In this document: piece by piece, positions 49,718 to 62,552 of the stretch | Layout of the letters: every line of letters begins with the position of its first letter | Numbering within the stretch: position 1 is the stretch's first letter | Source: Octopus sinensis | Taxonomy: Eukaryota | Direction of reading: 5' to 3' | DNA: 64,000 nt | Assembly (NCBI RefSeq): GCF_006345805.1 | Contig: NC_043005.1 | Location: forward strand, 26,040,001 to 26,104,000 | The notes under the pieces: generated by a model | The model's database searches: none | Told to the model about the DNA's origin: nothing | What the model saw: only the letters and a program-made list of their open reading frames with translations | Made by a program: the position numbers and the translations under genes

Positions 49718-50645
49718 TGCTCGGATGCAGCCGTTTTATTATAATGTTTTATATAATTCTTTATTATCAATGAAAACAAGGCGGTGAGCTGGTAGAATTG
49801 TTAGCAAGTTGACCAAAGTGCTTAGCGGTATTTATTCTAACACTTTACGTTTTGATTTAAAATTCCGCCCAGGTAGGCTTTGCCTTTCATCCTTTCCGGG
49901 TCGATACAATAAATACCAGTTGAGTACAAAATTGCTGACCGTATGCCTCAATTATAAACGATTATATCAATCGATTATATCAATTGTAAGAGTGAATCTC
50001 CTTTACTTTATAACTTCACAAACAATGTCCGTGGTCGCCATAGAACTAATTCTTCACTCATCTAACGCACGATGTTATAATTAAAGTAATTATGAACACA
50101 CCTTTTCTCGATGTGACTCTCAACATATCCATCCCTCTGTTTTCTCACAGACACTTCTTCCATTGGGTCTTCCATTTCCAGCTCTTTCTTACGTTTTCTG
50201 TTTAAATCCCTCCGAGGTTATATCTGCTTTTCATCTCTCCGGAGTCGATACTTTTTCTGATTGGATTTCCAAGTGTGGCCAACGAAGATTATGGATATTA
50301 TACAACCATCTTTCTCTTGATCTACCCCTAGGTCTTCTGCCGGCTGGCTCGGCTTGAAGAGTCCGCCCTAAGATTCTTTCCTGCGATATCCTTATCACGT
50401 CTGCATTGCGGTGGGACATGCAGCCGAAGATTTCGAAGGAATCTGATATTAATGGAAAGCTTTGGGCTGTTAAGTCACTATACAAAAAATTTTGAAAGTG
50501 AGTCAACGTATTTCACAGCCGATATATTCGCTGTTTATTTCATAGCTTCATATGAGATAAATGAATGTATATTTATACACCCATCATAATAAGGAAGGGT
50601 GCAATCATATAATCTATATGCAAAAAGTTGTTAATATATAACAAC

Positions 50646-50727
50646 CGTCGTCGATAGGATTCGAACCAATGCGGGGAGACCCCAATGGATTTCTAGTCCA
50701 TCGCCTTAACCACTCGGCCACGACGAC
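50646..50727 (-). tRNA. tRNA-Ser-AGA: tRNA-Ser(AGA), class C with a T-stem U-U mismatch; recombinant flanks
   Basis: CATTGGTTCGAATCCTATC. Confidence 0.8.
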
Positions 50728-50862
50728 TGCCTGCTGCTGTGCGTATTATTTTCCTTTATTATGTCAATCATATTGAAAGACTTACTGCAGGTTCCTACTC
50801 ATGATTATATCACTTGTTATTTCCTCTGCAATAGTTTTCTGTCAATATAAAAACATACATGC

Positions 50863-50903
<41 letters not shown>

Positions 50904-50974
50904 ACACACACACACACATACATACATACATACATATATACATACATACATACATACATACATACATACATACA

Positions 50975-51007
<33 letters not shown>

Positions 51008-51268
51008 GCATGCATACACACACACATTTGTGTGTGTGTACTACTCCTTTCACTTCTCTATTCTCCCACCTTCTCGCATGTTCTGCAGATCCCTCCTTGT
51101 TCTCTACTTCCTACTATCTCTTCTATCCCTTTCTGCGTTTCTTTCTTTCATATGTGTCCCCTTTCCCCCTTTACGTTGCTTCCATCTTATCTCGGCTCTT
51201 TTACTTTGCCCTTCACTACCCCTTTTCTCTCTGTCATCTTCCCGTTTCTCTTTTAAGTTTATATAAAT

Positions 51269-51312
<44 letters not shown>

Positions 51313-51314
51313 GA

Positions 51315-51353
<39 letters not shown>

Positions 51354-51390
51354 GAAAGTTGGTTTGTGAAAGCACGTGGTTGAATATATT

Positions 51391-51728
51391 GAAAATAGTA
51401 AAAAGTGAAAAAACCACAGAAGGCTTAAAGGTTAAAAAATATATATATTTGCGTCAATATGTCTGAAGAATATTAAAATTTTTTTTTTTTTTTCCTTACG
51501 ATGACATATTTTAGAAGAAAGACCGGTTTCGCGTTTAGCTTTTCAAATTTCTTACGACGTTTCATAACGTCGTATGAAATTTGAAAAGCTAAACGCCAAA
51601 CCGGTCTTTCTTCTAAACTATGTCATTGTAAGGGGAAAAAAAAAAAATTTTAATATTCTTCAGACATTTTGACGCAAATATATATATTTTTTAACCTTTA
51701 AGCCTTCTGTGGTTTTTTCACTATTTTC
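51391..51728. repeat. Foldback palindrome, ~170-bp arms, 4-nt loop; single arm at 47197-47380
   Basis: ...CTTACGACGTT tcat AACGTCGTA... Confidence 0.9.
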
Positions 51729-52477
51729 TATATATATATATATATATATATATATGAAGAATCATTGATCATAGAAGATATATAACACCATAGCGCCAAA
51801 TATTTGATCATATATAAATGTTACCATGGTTCTTAAACATATAAAATATAAATATATATAAAAACACAGAAGATAAAAATATATATGCGAATAAAAAGGT
51901 TAGCAATAGGGTCAACAGGAATTCGTTTTCGAACGAAAAATATTGTAATTCCATTACACTTGCCTCTTATATACATGGTTTATAGGGGAATAAAACAAAA
52001 GTTATTCTCTTGAAAGGTCTGTTATACCGAGCGCCTCTTTTTTAGAGTTAATAGTAACAAGTGTAAGTTGTGTGTAAGGGAATACCTTGCCATTCTTAAA
52101 TCCTTTGGGCCTAAAACATTAAATAAAGTTACAGAGGTGATCCCTTTTTGCAAACATAATTAGCAATGAAGTATTTCGTTTTTTTTTCTTTATTTTGTTT
52201 TAGTATGTTAGAAAATTTGGACTGGTTCTGTAATGAATTATTATGTTTAAATTAGCCATGCTAATGTTAAAATAAAATACCTGAGAATGATAAAATAAAG
52301 TACCAGTCAAGTATCGGATCTAATTGTATCGATTGAGATCCTCTTCACCCAAAATCTCTTTCTTAGAAAGAAACCGGGAGGAAGTTCATGAATAGCAAGT
52401 TGGAGTGGAGGTTAACTTTACTAAAGAACTGCAAGTGTGTTATTTATCTGCAAAATATATTGCTAAAAAGCAACAAA

Positions 52478-52559
52478 CGTCGTCGATAGGATTCGAACCT
52501 ATGCGGGAAGACCCCAATGGATTTCTAGTCCATCGCCTTAACCACACGGCCACGACGAC
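52478..52559 (-). tRNA. tRNA-Ser-AGA: tRNA-Ser(AGA), class A; A14>T and a G.U in the variable arm (possibly impaired)
   Basis: GGCCGTGTGG and GGGGTCTTCCCG. Confidence 0.7.
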
Positions 52560-53527
52560 TGCTCGGAAGTAGCTTCTTTATTATAACGTTTTATATAATT
52601 CATTATGAATGAACTCCCGAAAAGGCCATAGACGTGTTTGATTTGATTTTGTGAATCTCTTTTTGCTCCAGGACTCCAACCTACCATGGTTTCTATGAAA
52701 TGAACTTTTTTGACGTAATATTCTGTTTAAGGGGAGTAATTTTTTTAATCGATTGATATTTTATTTTATTTAGAATTTTAGTCGCTTGACACGCTTTAGA
52801 ATTTTTAGTCGATTGAATATACCTTCTTGATAGGCCGTTCCATTAGGATTGTATATACCTTCTTGATAGGCTGTTCCATACATCTGTATTTTAATCGCAT
52901 ATATATATATTTTACCTTCTGTGTTTTGTTTTTTATATATGTATACTTTATATGCTTAAGAACCATGGTAGTATTTATATATGATCAAATGTTTGGAGGT
53001 ATATATAAAGTCATTGACTCGAATTTGATGCTTGTTCTATGATCAAGGTTTCTTTATCTCTGTCTCAATTACATTTGAGCTCTTCTTTTCTGCAGTCCTA
53101 TAAACCCTTTTGCCCCAGCAAAAGAATTAACTCATGGAAATAACAAGTTTCATGTTTGCGTGATATATATATATATTGGACCACGGGCCATACGTCCCCT
53201 ACCCAATTCAAGATCACAGCATACATGTACACTGCAACATAATTTCTTTTCCTCAACAGGCCCTGCCCTATTTAACATTGTCCCGAAAGAGATCAAAGAG
53301 GAAAAGGATCCCATCAACTTAAACGGAGTCCGGATAGATTCCTTCAAGGAATACCAGATAAGCCACCCATAATTGGATACAACTCACCCAACAAAAACTC
53401 ACTACTTGAATGGACCATAAACAAAACTTGACTTAAACAGGATTCAGATAATCCTATCAGGTGGTGCTATTAAGTTAGACATGGCCTGGACCAATCTTTG
53501 GTCGAAACATATCTAAGTTTTACCTAA

Positions 53528-53605
<78 letters not shown>

Positions 53606-53803
53606 AGCATACATGTACACTGCAAAATAATTTCTTTTCCTCAACAGGCCCTGCCCTATTTAACATTGTCCCGAAAGAGATCAAAGAGGAAAAGGATCCC
53701 ATCAACTTTAAACGGAGTCCGGATAGATTCCTTCAAGGAATACCAGATAAGCCACCCATAATTGGATACAACTCACCCAACAAAAACTCACTACTTGAAT
53801 GGA

Positions 53804-53838
<35 letters not shown>

Positions 53839-54124
53839 GTTTAGTATAGCTTATTGTGTTAGCAGTATTCTATTTGTTCTGAGTTCAAATGCTACCGAGG
53901 TCAGATTTGCTTTTCATTCCTTTCAGAGAATAAAATACCAGTCAAGTACCGGATCCATTTGTATCGACTGAGATCCTCTTCACCCAAAAATTCTGGCCTT
54001 GTGCCTTAGACAGAAACCGGGAGAAAGTTTATAGTAACAAGTTGTTGTGGAAATTAATTAACTTCACTGAACAACCGCAAGTGTGTTATTTATCTGAAAA
54101 ATATATTGCTAAAAGTGTTACAAC

Positions 54125-54206
54125 CGTCGCCGATAGGATTCGAACCTATGCGGGGAGACCCCAATGGATTTCTAGTCCATCGCCTTAACCACTCGGCCAC
54201 GACGAC
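54125..54206 (-). tRNA. tRNA-Ser-AGA: tRNA-Ser(AGA), class B (U5.G68)
   Basis: Identical to the other B copies. Confidence 0.9.
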
Positions 54207-55058
54207 TGCCCGGATGCAGCCGTTTTATTATAATGTTTTATATAATTCTTTATTATCAATGAAAACAAGGCGGTGAGCTGGTAGAATTGTTAGCAAGTTG
54301 ACCAAAGTGCTTAACGGTATTTATTCTAACACTTTACGTTTTGATTTAAAATTCCGCCCAGGTAGGCTTTACCTTTCATCCTTTCCGGGTCGATACAAAA
54401 AATACCAGTTGAGTACAAAATTGCTGACCGTATGCCTCAATTATAAACGATTATATCAATCGATTTTATCAATTGTAAGAGTGAATCTCCTTTACTTTAT
54501 AACTTCACAAACAATGTCCGTGGTCGCCATAGAACTAATTCTTCACTCATCTAACGCACGATGTTATAATTAAAGTAATTATGAACACACCTTTTCTCGA
54601 TGTGACTCTCAACATATCCATCCCTCTCTTTTCTCACAGACACTTCTTCCATTGGGTCTTCCATTTCCAGTTCTTTCTTACGTTTTCTGTTTAAATCCCT
54701 CCGAGGTTTTATTTGCTTTTCATCTCTCCGGAGTCGATACTTTTTCTGATTGGATTTCCAAGTGTGGCCAACGAAGATTATGGATATTATACAACCATCT
54801 TTCTCTTGATCTACCCCTAGGTCTTCTGCCGGCTGGCACGGCTTGAAGAATCCACCCTAATATTCTTTCCTGTGATATTCTAATCACGTCTGCATTGCGG
54901 TGGGACATGCAGCTGAAGATTTCGAAGGAATCTGTCATTAATGGAAAGCTTTGGGCTGTTAAGTCACTATACAAAAATTTTTCAAAGTGACGCACATAGT
55001 AATAATGAAGGGTGCAATCATATAATCTATATGCAAAAAGTTGTTAAAATATAACAAC

Positions 55059-55140
55059 CGTCGTCGATAGGATTCGAACCTATGCGGGGAGACCCCAATG
55101 GATTTCTAGTCCATCGCCTTAACCACTCGGCCACGACGAC
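55059..55140 (-). tRNA. tRNA-Ser-AGA: tRNA-Ser(AGA), class C, consensus
   Basis: Identical to 46839-46920. Confidence 0.92.
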
Positions 55141-56439
55141 TGCCTGCTGACAGTTTGCTCATTATCTCTTATTATATCCATCGAAACAAAATATCTAGAA
55201 TAGCTTCGCTTATTATTCAATGGCAGTTTAGTTGATTATAACTGCAGTGTTCTTTCCAGTTCTTTCTTACGTTTTCAGTTTAAATCCCTCCGAAGTTATA
55301 TTTGCTTTTCATCTCTCTGGAATCGATCAAATAAAGTACCAACCACGAAGCGGGGTCGATATAATTAATTCTCCGTTGACCTTGTACCAAAAGTGGAAAC
55401 CATTATTATGAGTGCAACTTTAGGAATATCTCGGGGTCGAATTGGACTATTCTTCTGAGATGCTATATTCATTATTTTCAGCACATTAAGTGATCACGTA
55501 GTGATGACGATGGTGGTGATGGTCGTAATCTATAACATGACCAATATATGTTTTATTGAATGTTCATAAATGTTAGATCATAGATTAGTGTTCATCGTCT
55601 CGTTAGACTTCTCTGAAAAGAAAAGTTAGACGTTTCTATGGTAAATTATGATCCACACTTCCGTCGTAGACAACAGATGAAGGATCCGCAAAACCTTGCT
55701 GAACAACCTAGATAGATGATTTCTTTATAGTGATCAAAGATTTGTGCTGTATTTTAGCTCACTCCATACATTAAATCGACATTCTGTTCAAGAGCATTAC
55801 GTATTGCTCGGGTCCGGGAATCAAAATCACCATCTTGCGATCGTGAATGCATCCCCTTAACCACTGGGCCACGTTCCTTCACATACTAAATCATACTCCA
55901 AAAATAACCCCTGATTGTGTCCCAGAATGGAAGGTGTACTTTCGATTTCCCTTAACGCAGTTTGTAAACTGATCCTTTAAATTACAGTATTATCTGTTAC
56001 GAAAGCTTCTTAACAATGGACGTTTTAGGGTAGAATTACATAAGAATATAACCAAACTGTAACTGTAGTTTTCATCCATTGGGAAACGACTGCCTTCCTG
56101 CAGAGTACACCACGCCCCTATTTTCTACCATACCACTCTATAGGATAACTCAACATTATATTCCACGTTACCATGTTTATAGTACAGTATGCCACTCCAT
56201 TCTATCGTAACATTTTACACCACTACATCGCAACATTCCTCTCTGCCATACGCCTCACCAATTCTGTTGTAATACCACAGCGTATTACACCTCACCAGTT
56301 CTACAAAATACCACTTAAACCGCAATACTTACATATTGTACGGTACAACCTGCATACATCGCACCACCTTATCTCTACACAAAAGCTACCCTGTAATACA
56401 CCAACTCTAGACAATGTCACTCAAGCACTATACTTTAAA

Positions 56440-56680
56440 ACAATACCTATTTCTTTACTACCCACAAGGGGCTAAACACAGAGAGGACAAACAAGGACGG
56501 ACAAACGGATTAAGTCGATTATATCGACCCCAGTGCGTTACTGGTACTTAATTTATCGATCCCGAAAAAATGAAAGGCAAAGTCGACCAAGGTAGAATTT
56601 AAACTCAGAACGTAACGGCAGACGAAATACGGCTACGCATTTCGCCCGGCGTGCTAACGTTTCTGCTAGCTCGCCGCCTT
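56440..56680 (-). mobile_element. Family A SINE
   Basis: Reverse complement of 42125-42345. Confidence 0.85.
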
Positions 56681-57129
56681 TAAAACAATACCGCTATAGC
56701 ACTAACCTACTATAGATCACCACTTCTATAGTACGTAAAGGCGCGTGGCCTAGTGGTTAGTGTGTTGCGCTCACGATCACCAGCTCTTAGGTTCGATTCC
56801 CGAACCGGGTGATGCATTGTCTTCTTGACCCGAAACACTTCATTGCTCTGGTGCTGCGTGGGAACCAACATGTCAAGGAATGGACTCAACGTTTCTTCAA
56901 CGAGTCGTAAAAGGTGACTAAAAGTGACTAAGGTAGGATTTGCACTCCGATCTCGTAAAAACCCCCACTAGCAATGATTGCCCAAACAGACCCATGGGTT
57001 GCGGGTTTGTCGCCAGAGGGCTGCAAAGTCATCATCAGCCAGAGATAGTAGGGATTCACCAACAAATGGTGGATGCTGCAAAGCGCTGTTACAGCGTATA
57101 CGACTACTACAACTACTACTACTACTACT

Positions 57130-57443
57130 ACGCTGGCACTCCGTCGCTTACGACGACGAGGGTTGATCCGATCAACGGAACAGCTTGCTCGTGAGATTAA
57201 CGTGCAAGTTGCTGAGCACTCCACAGACACGTGTACCCCTTCACATACCTCTCAGTGTGACAGCAGAGTGTGACGAGGTCAGTCCCTTAATATACAGGTA
57301 CTACACAATTTTGCCAGCTGAGTGGACGGGAGAAACAGGAAATAAAATGTCTTGCTCAAGGACACCAACGCGCCGCCGGGAATCGAACTTGCGACCTTAC
57401 GATCGCGAGTCGAATACCTTAACCACTAAGCCACGCACCTTCA
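57130..57443 (-). mobile_element. Family B2 SINE ending in (TAG)n
   Basis: Head ...GGGAATCGAACTTGCGACC...AACCACTAAGCCACGCACCTTCA. Confidence 0.8.
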
Positions 57444-57531
57444 ATACTACTACTACTACTACAACAACAACTACAGTACCTTTATACTATAACACACGAT
57501 CTCTGTACTATAACACACCGTCTTCACACTA

Positions 57532-57766
57532 CAGGGCGTCCATAAATTACCTTTACAATTTGAAAACTTCAGAAAACAAAATTGAAAAGAATTACTCGCC
57601 AGTGTTTATTGGAAAACATCAGCAAACAAATATAGTTTTATTAGAAACATCAGAAAATTTTAATAATATTTATGTTACACGCAAAGAAGTTGATTGATGG
57701 ATCCCAATTTTAATTCATACAAAGAAAAAGCGGTGGAAAGTGTAAAGATAATTTATAAACACTCAG
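57532..57766. mobile_element. Tc1/mariner-type MITE
   Basis: TA then CAGGGCGTCCATAAATTACCTTTACA; right end TGTAAAGATAATTTATAAACACTCAG (20/26 match). Confidence 0.6.
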
Positions 57767-57920
57767 AATAACCCGCTGCTGTAACATATGGCTACAACGC
57801 AACGATATACGACTATGCATTATGGTGACACACAAACCCTATAAAACACTGCCTACATACTGCAGCACACCAACTGCAATACAACACACTATCTCCATGC
57901 TATAACATATTACCGTTATA

Positions 57921-58930
57921 CAATATTCCCTCGCCATATCGCGGTTCATCTATCGCGGTTCACCTATCGCGGTTTATTATTTAAGCTTACGTACTGAATT
58001 CAAATGCCGCCGAGGTCGTCTTTGCCTTTCGTCCTTTCGGGGGTCGAGAAATTAAGTACCAGTGAAGCACTGGGGTCGATGTAATCGACTAGACACCTCC
58101 CCTAAAATATCAGGCTTTGTGCCTAGAGTAGAGAGGATAATTTAAGCTTACGTCACGGCAGCGAGCTGGCAGAATCGTTAGCACGCCAGGCGAAATGCTT
58201 AGCAGTATTTCATGTTTTACGTTCTGAGTTCAAATTCCGCCGAGGTCGACTTTGCCTTTCATCCTTTCGGGGTCGATATATTAAGTACCAGTTGCGTACT
58301 GGAGTCGATCTATTCGACTGGCCCCCTCCCACCAAATTTCAGGCCTTGTGGAAAGGATTATTTAAGCTTACGCCGATTCCTTCGCGGATATGTTTTGCAT
58401 TTATAATAAAATAAATATATACAAAATAATTAAAAAATATGAGTGGCTGTGTGGTAAGTAGCTTGCTTACTAACCACATGGTTCCAGGTTCAGTGCCACT
58501 GCGTAACACCTTGGGCAAGTGTCTTTTACTATAACCTTGGGTCGACCAAAGCCTTGTGCGTGGATTTGGTAGGCAGAAACTGAAAGAAGCCCGTCGTATG
58601 TGTGTGTGTGACCGTGTGTCTATGTGTCTGTGTATGCTTGCGCGTGTGTATTTGCCTCCCCAACATCACTAGACAACCGATGTTGATGTGTTCACGTCCC
58701 CGTAACTTAGCGGTTTGGCAAAAGAGATCGATAGAATAAGATTAGAATAAGATTAGAATAGGATTACAAAGAATAAGTCCTGGGGGGTCAATTTGCTCGA
58801 CTAAAGGCTGTACTCCAGCATGGCCGCAGTCAAATGACTGAAGCAAGTGAAAAGAATAAAGGAGTACAGTAGTGTTTCTCTCCTTCGCGGATTTTCACCT
58901 ATTGCGGGGGGTTTTGGAACGTAACACCCC
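57921..58930. mobile_element. pogo/Tigger-like MITE remnant carrying three nested SINEs
   Basis: CAATATTCCCTCGCCATATCGCGG and GGGGTTTTGGAACGTAACACCCC; related end at 25515-25600. Confidence 0.4.
58440..58860 (+). mobile_element. Family C SINE
   Basis: GAGTGGCTGTGTGGTAAGTAGCTTGC...CCGCAGTCAAATGACTGAA. Confidence 0.85.
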
Positions 58931-59521
58931 CTAAAGTCGTAACAACATCTTTACACTATCACACACCACTTCGACACTAATTCCGAGATCGTTGCTTTCA
59001 GATCTCAGATTTGGCGTGAATGGTTAAGGGGACGAAATGCGAAACTTTTTCAATATATTAAAACTCATCAGCTAAAATATGCCTTCTGTCTAATTACCCT
59101 TAACTAAATCATTATTCATTATTTTAAATACGGCATGTTTTCGGTCATATTTGGTATTGAAGTTATAAAAGTAACATTTTATCTAGCAGTAGCCAGAGAA
59201 AGAGTGTAGATCTAGCAAGAAATGTACACACACACACACATACATACATACACACACACACACATACACACACACACACCTGTGTTAGTTGAGAAATGTT
59301 CGATGCAAAAAATGAAAAGTTTTTCGTAAGAAAACAAAACAAAAAAACAGGTGGAGTAGTCATAAAATTTGAAACTCGGCAGAGAATTCTACTGTATTTC
59401 AAAATCAGCTATTTCGACCTCTTAGCTACAAAGGCTCGAGGAGATCCGTTTACGCACACAAACCGTGCGCGCGTGCGCACGATCATAGAGGTATATATGT
59501 ATATATGGGTGGGTGTGTTTA

Positions 59522-59594
<73 letters not shown>

Positions 59595-59595
59595 G

Positions 59596-59637
<42 letters not shown>

Positions 59638-59640
<3 letters not shown>

Positions 59641-59973
59641 TTCCGGGTTCGTCCCACTGCGTGGCTATTTGAGCAAGTGTCATCTACTATACCGCGGCCG
59701 ACCAAAGCCTTGTGAGTGGATTTGGTAGACGGAAACTGAAAGAAGACGGTCGTATATATGCGTGTGTGTTTGTGTGTCTATGTGTGTCGCCCCAACTATC
59801 GCTTGACAACCGATTCTGGTGTGTTTAAGTTCCCGTAACTTAGCGTTTCGGCAAAGAGACGGATAGAATAAGTACTCTACGCTAACAAAGAATAAGTTGC
59901 GGGGTCGAATTGTTCTACTAAAGGCTCTGCTCCTGCATGGCCACAGTCAAATGACTGAAACAAATAAAAGAAT

Positions 59974-59975
<2 letters not shown>
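59638..59975 (+). mobile_element. 5'-truncated family C SINE
   Basis: GGTTCCGGGTTCGTCCCACTGCG... Confidence 0.8.
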
Positions 59976-60033
<58 letters not shown>

Positions 60034-60036
<3 letters not shown>

Positions 60037-60340
60037 TAAGCAATAAGGGTTTAGCAACGAGTTGCCTTACCACCTACCGAATTTAGAAATAGCAGTCAAA
60101 GGGTTATAGCTATTTCTTCTACTAAAAAGGGAGATCTCAGTAAAAACAGCATTTGGAAGGCAGACACAACAGGTAAGAAGAATGAATTCATTCTCTCTTA
60201 CCTGTTTGTGTCTGCCTTCCAAATGCTGTTTTTACTGAGATCTCCCTTTTTAGTAGAAGAAATAGCTATAACCCTTTGACTGCTATTTTAAAATTCGGTA
60301 TGTGTAAGGCAACTCGTTGCTAAACCCTTATTGCTTAGTA
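60034..60340. repeat. Near-perfect loopless palindrome (~152-bp arms, centre GAATTC) next to (TA)n
   Basis: TACTAAGCAATAAGGG...GAATGAATTCATTC...CCCTTATTGCTTAGTA. Confidence 0.92.
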
Positions 60341-60441
60341 TTACTTAAATTTCCTCGAATGAGGCTTTTACATGCCGAAGACTACTTGGTGTAATTGATA
60401 ATTTTTCCAAATTAATTAATTTCACCCTTCATTATTACGGA

Positions 60442-60511
<70 letters not shown>

Positions 60512-60650
60512 GTAAAAACAATTAAGATTCAAGTGAATTCCGGGGATTCAAAAGAATGCGGTACTTAACTTAGATGCACCAGAAATGAGTCCGTAGGGGA
60601 AAATGTTAGAGAAACCCTGCTCTAAACGGAAGAAACCTGTATATATATAT

Positions 60651-60685
<35 letters not shown>

Positions 60686-61485
60686 CCCACACACATATGT
60701 ACATGCCTAATTATAAGATAAACATGTCTAAGATATTATTTAATGTTCTTAAGTGCATCTAAATAATGACTTAAAACAATAATTTATCAGTAAGACAAGA
60801 GTCACCGTTGCTCAATGATTAAAGCGATAGACAAGCAATTTATGAAAGATCCTCACGTGCAGTGTTTAGCGCGTAATGGCTTAGCTTCAAAACCTTTGAA
60901 AACAGCGCATATAAATTATTTACATGAAATGCAGATTCTTTATGTTTAACCATTTCTTTAACGGATGCAACATCACTTTTAGATTAATTTCGTTTGTCTA
61001 GAAATCTCTATGCACCATTGACTACCATTCTATCTTTTTTGCCTCTTTTTTTTATCCCGCATGCACAAGCTCGCACACGCACAAACACACACAGATATGC
61101 AAACACAAAGACATGCTGTATGTACTTACATGCATACACACATACACACACATACATTATATATATATATGTGGGTGTGTGTGTGTGAGAGAGAGAGAGA
61201 AAGAGAGAGTGTGTGTGCGCATATATATATATATATATATGTAGGCTCGAAACGTAAAAGACTTACTCACCTTCCCAAGTATCAAACTAATACACCTGCT
61301 CGCTGTTTATACACCAGTCTTCGTCTTGTTCGGCAAGAGAGACCGATGGAATAAGTACTAGGCTTTCAAAGAATAAGTCCTAAGGTCGATTTGTTCGACT
61401 AAAGGCTGTGCTTCAGCATGGCCGCAGTCAAATGACTGAAACAAATAAAGGAAAAAGAAAAATACATAAATGTGTATATATATAT

Positions 61486-61520
<35 letters not shown>

Positions 61521-61568
61521 AATATGTGTATAGATGTGTGTGTATGCATGAATGTTGATGTGAGTATA

Positions 61569-61642
<74 letters not shown>

Positions 61643-61689
61643 ATATATATACTAATGAGAGGCCCCAGCTACTGTATCGACTGACAGGT

Positions 61690-62552
61690 ATTCGACCTCA
61701 AGTCCATTTCAGGATCATTACCTATCCAGCTAGATTTCTTCCTTGTTGCTATTGAAAAGAGGCGGCCACGTCCTACAAGATCTGATCTGCTGCTACCTCC
61801 CATATTCCGTGCCAGTTCTCGTCGTTCACAGGTTTCTTCCGTTTAGAACAGGGTTTCTCTCCCATTTTTCCCCTATGGACCCATTTGATTACTATTTTAT
61901 TCTGGAGGACACCCCCATAGCCATTTGATGTTTAAAAACTATTTTTATAGAAACTACTTTCAAAATTCCTGTTTTTCACACAATAACTTGTCTAGGTTGT
62001 ACAACGTAAAACGTTAGAAAAAGAAAACCCAGCTGTTTCTTGCAATACATACATCTAAAACAACATTTTCTCAGGGGTCTCTTAAAATACTATAGTGGAT
62101 CTCCAATTTACTATTTTGTGGTGTGAAACCCTACAAAATAGTATATGGGTCGTCAGGGGCCATATGAACCCTGGTTAAGAACCACTGGTTCAGAGTAGCC
62201 ATCTTAACTTTGACGGTCAAACGTGATAAACCGTTTACTGCCATCCTTCTGCGGTTTCTTCCCACCATTGATTGCTTACATCTGCTTCTTAGCGGCACTA
62301 TAGAGAACTTTGAGGACGTCACTGAGCCTCAATGTGCACCTTTCCAATGCCATCTGTCAGTTAGATAGAATATACTTTAGCATACCAACTTTTCCCGCAT
62401 CTACAATTGTCGTCATTCGCTATTTTCCATCCCAGCAGATTGCGTGGGGATGGCAATACAACATAAGTGGCTTGAAGAAGAAAACTCAACCATGATGTGC
62501 TCCACCTCCATATCTCATCACAACCCACCTTCTTCGAAGAACCTTTTCTTGC

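Larger units (their letters stand above)
44700..55260 (-). repeat. Higher-order tandem array: three mosaic units, each with tRNA-Ser copies A, B and C
   Basis: A at 45403/48148/52478, B at 45845/49636/54125, C at 46839/50646/55059, each class with its own flanks. Confidence 0.92.
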
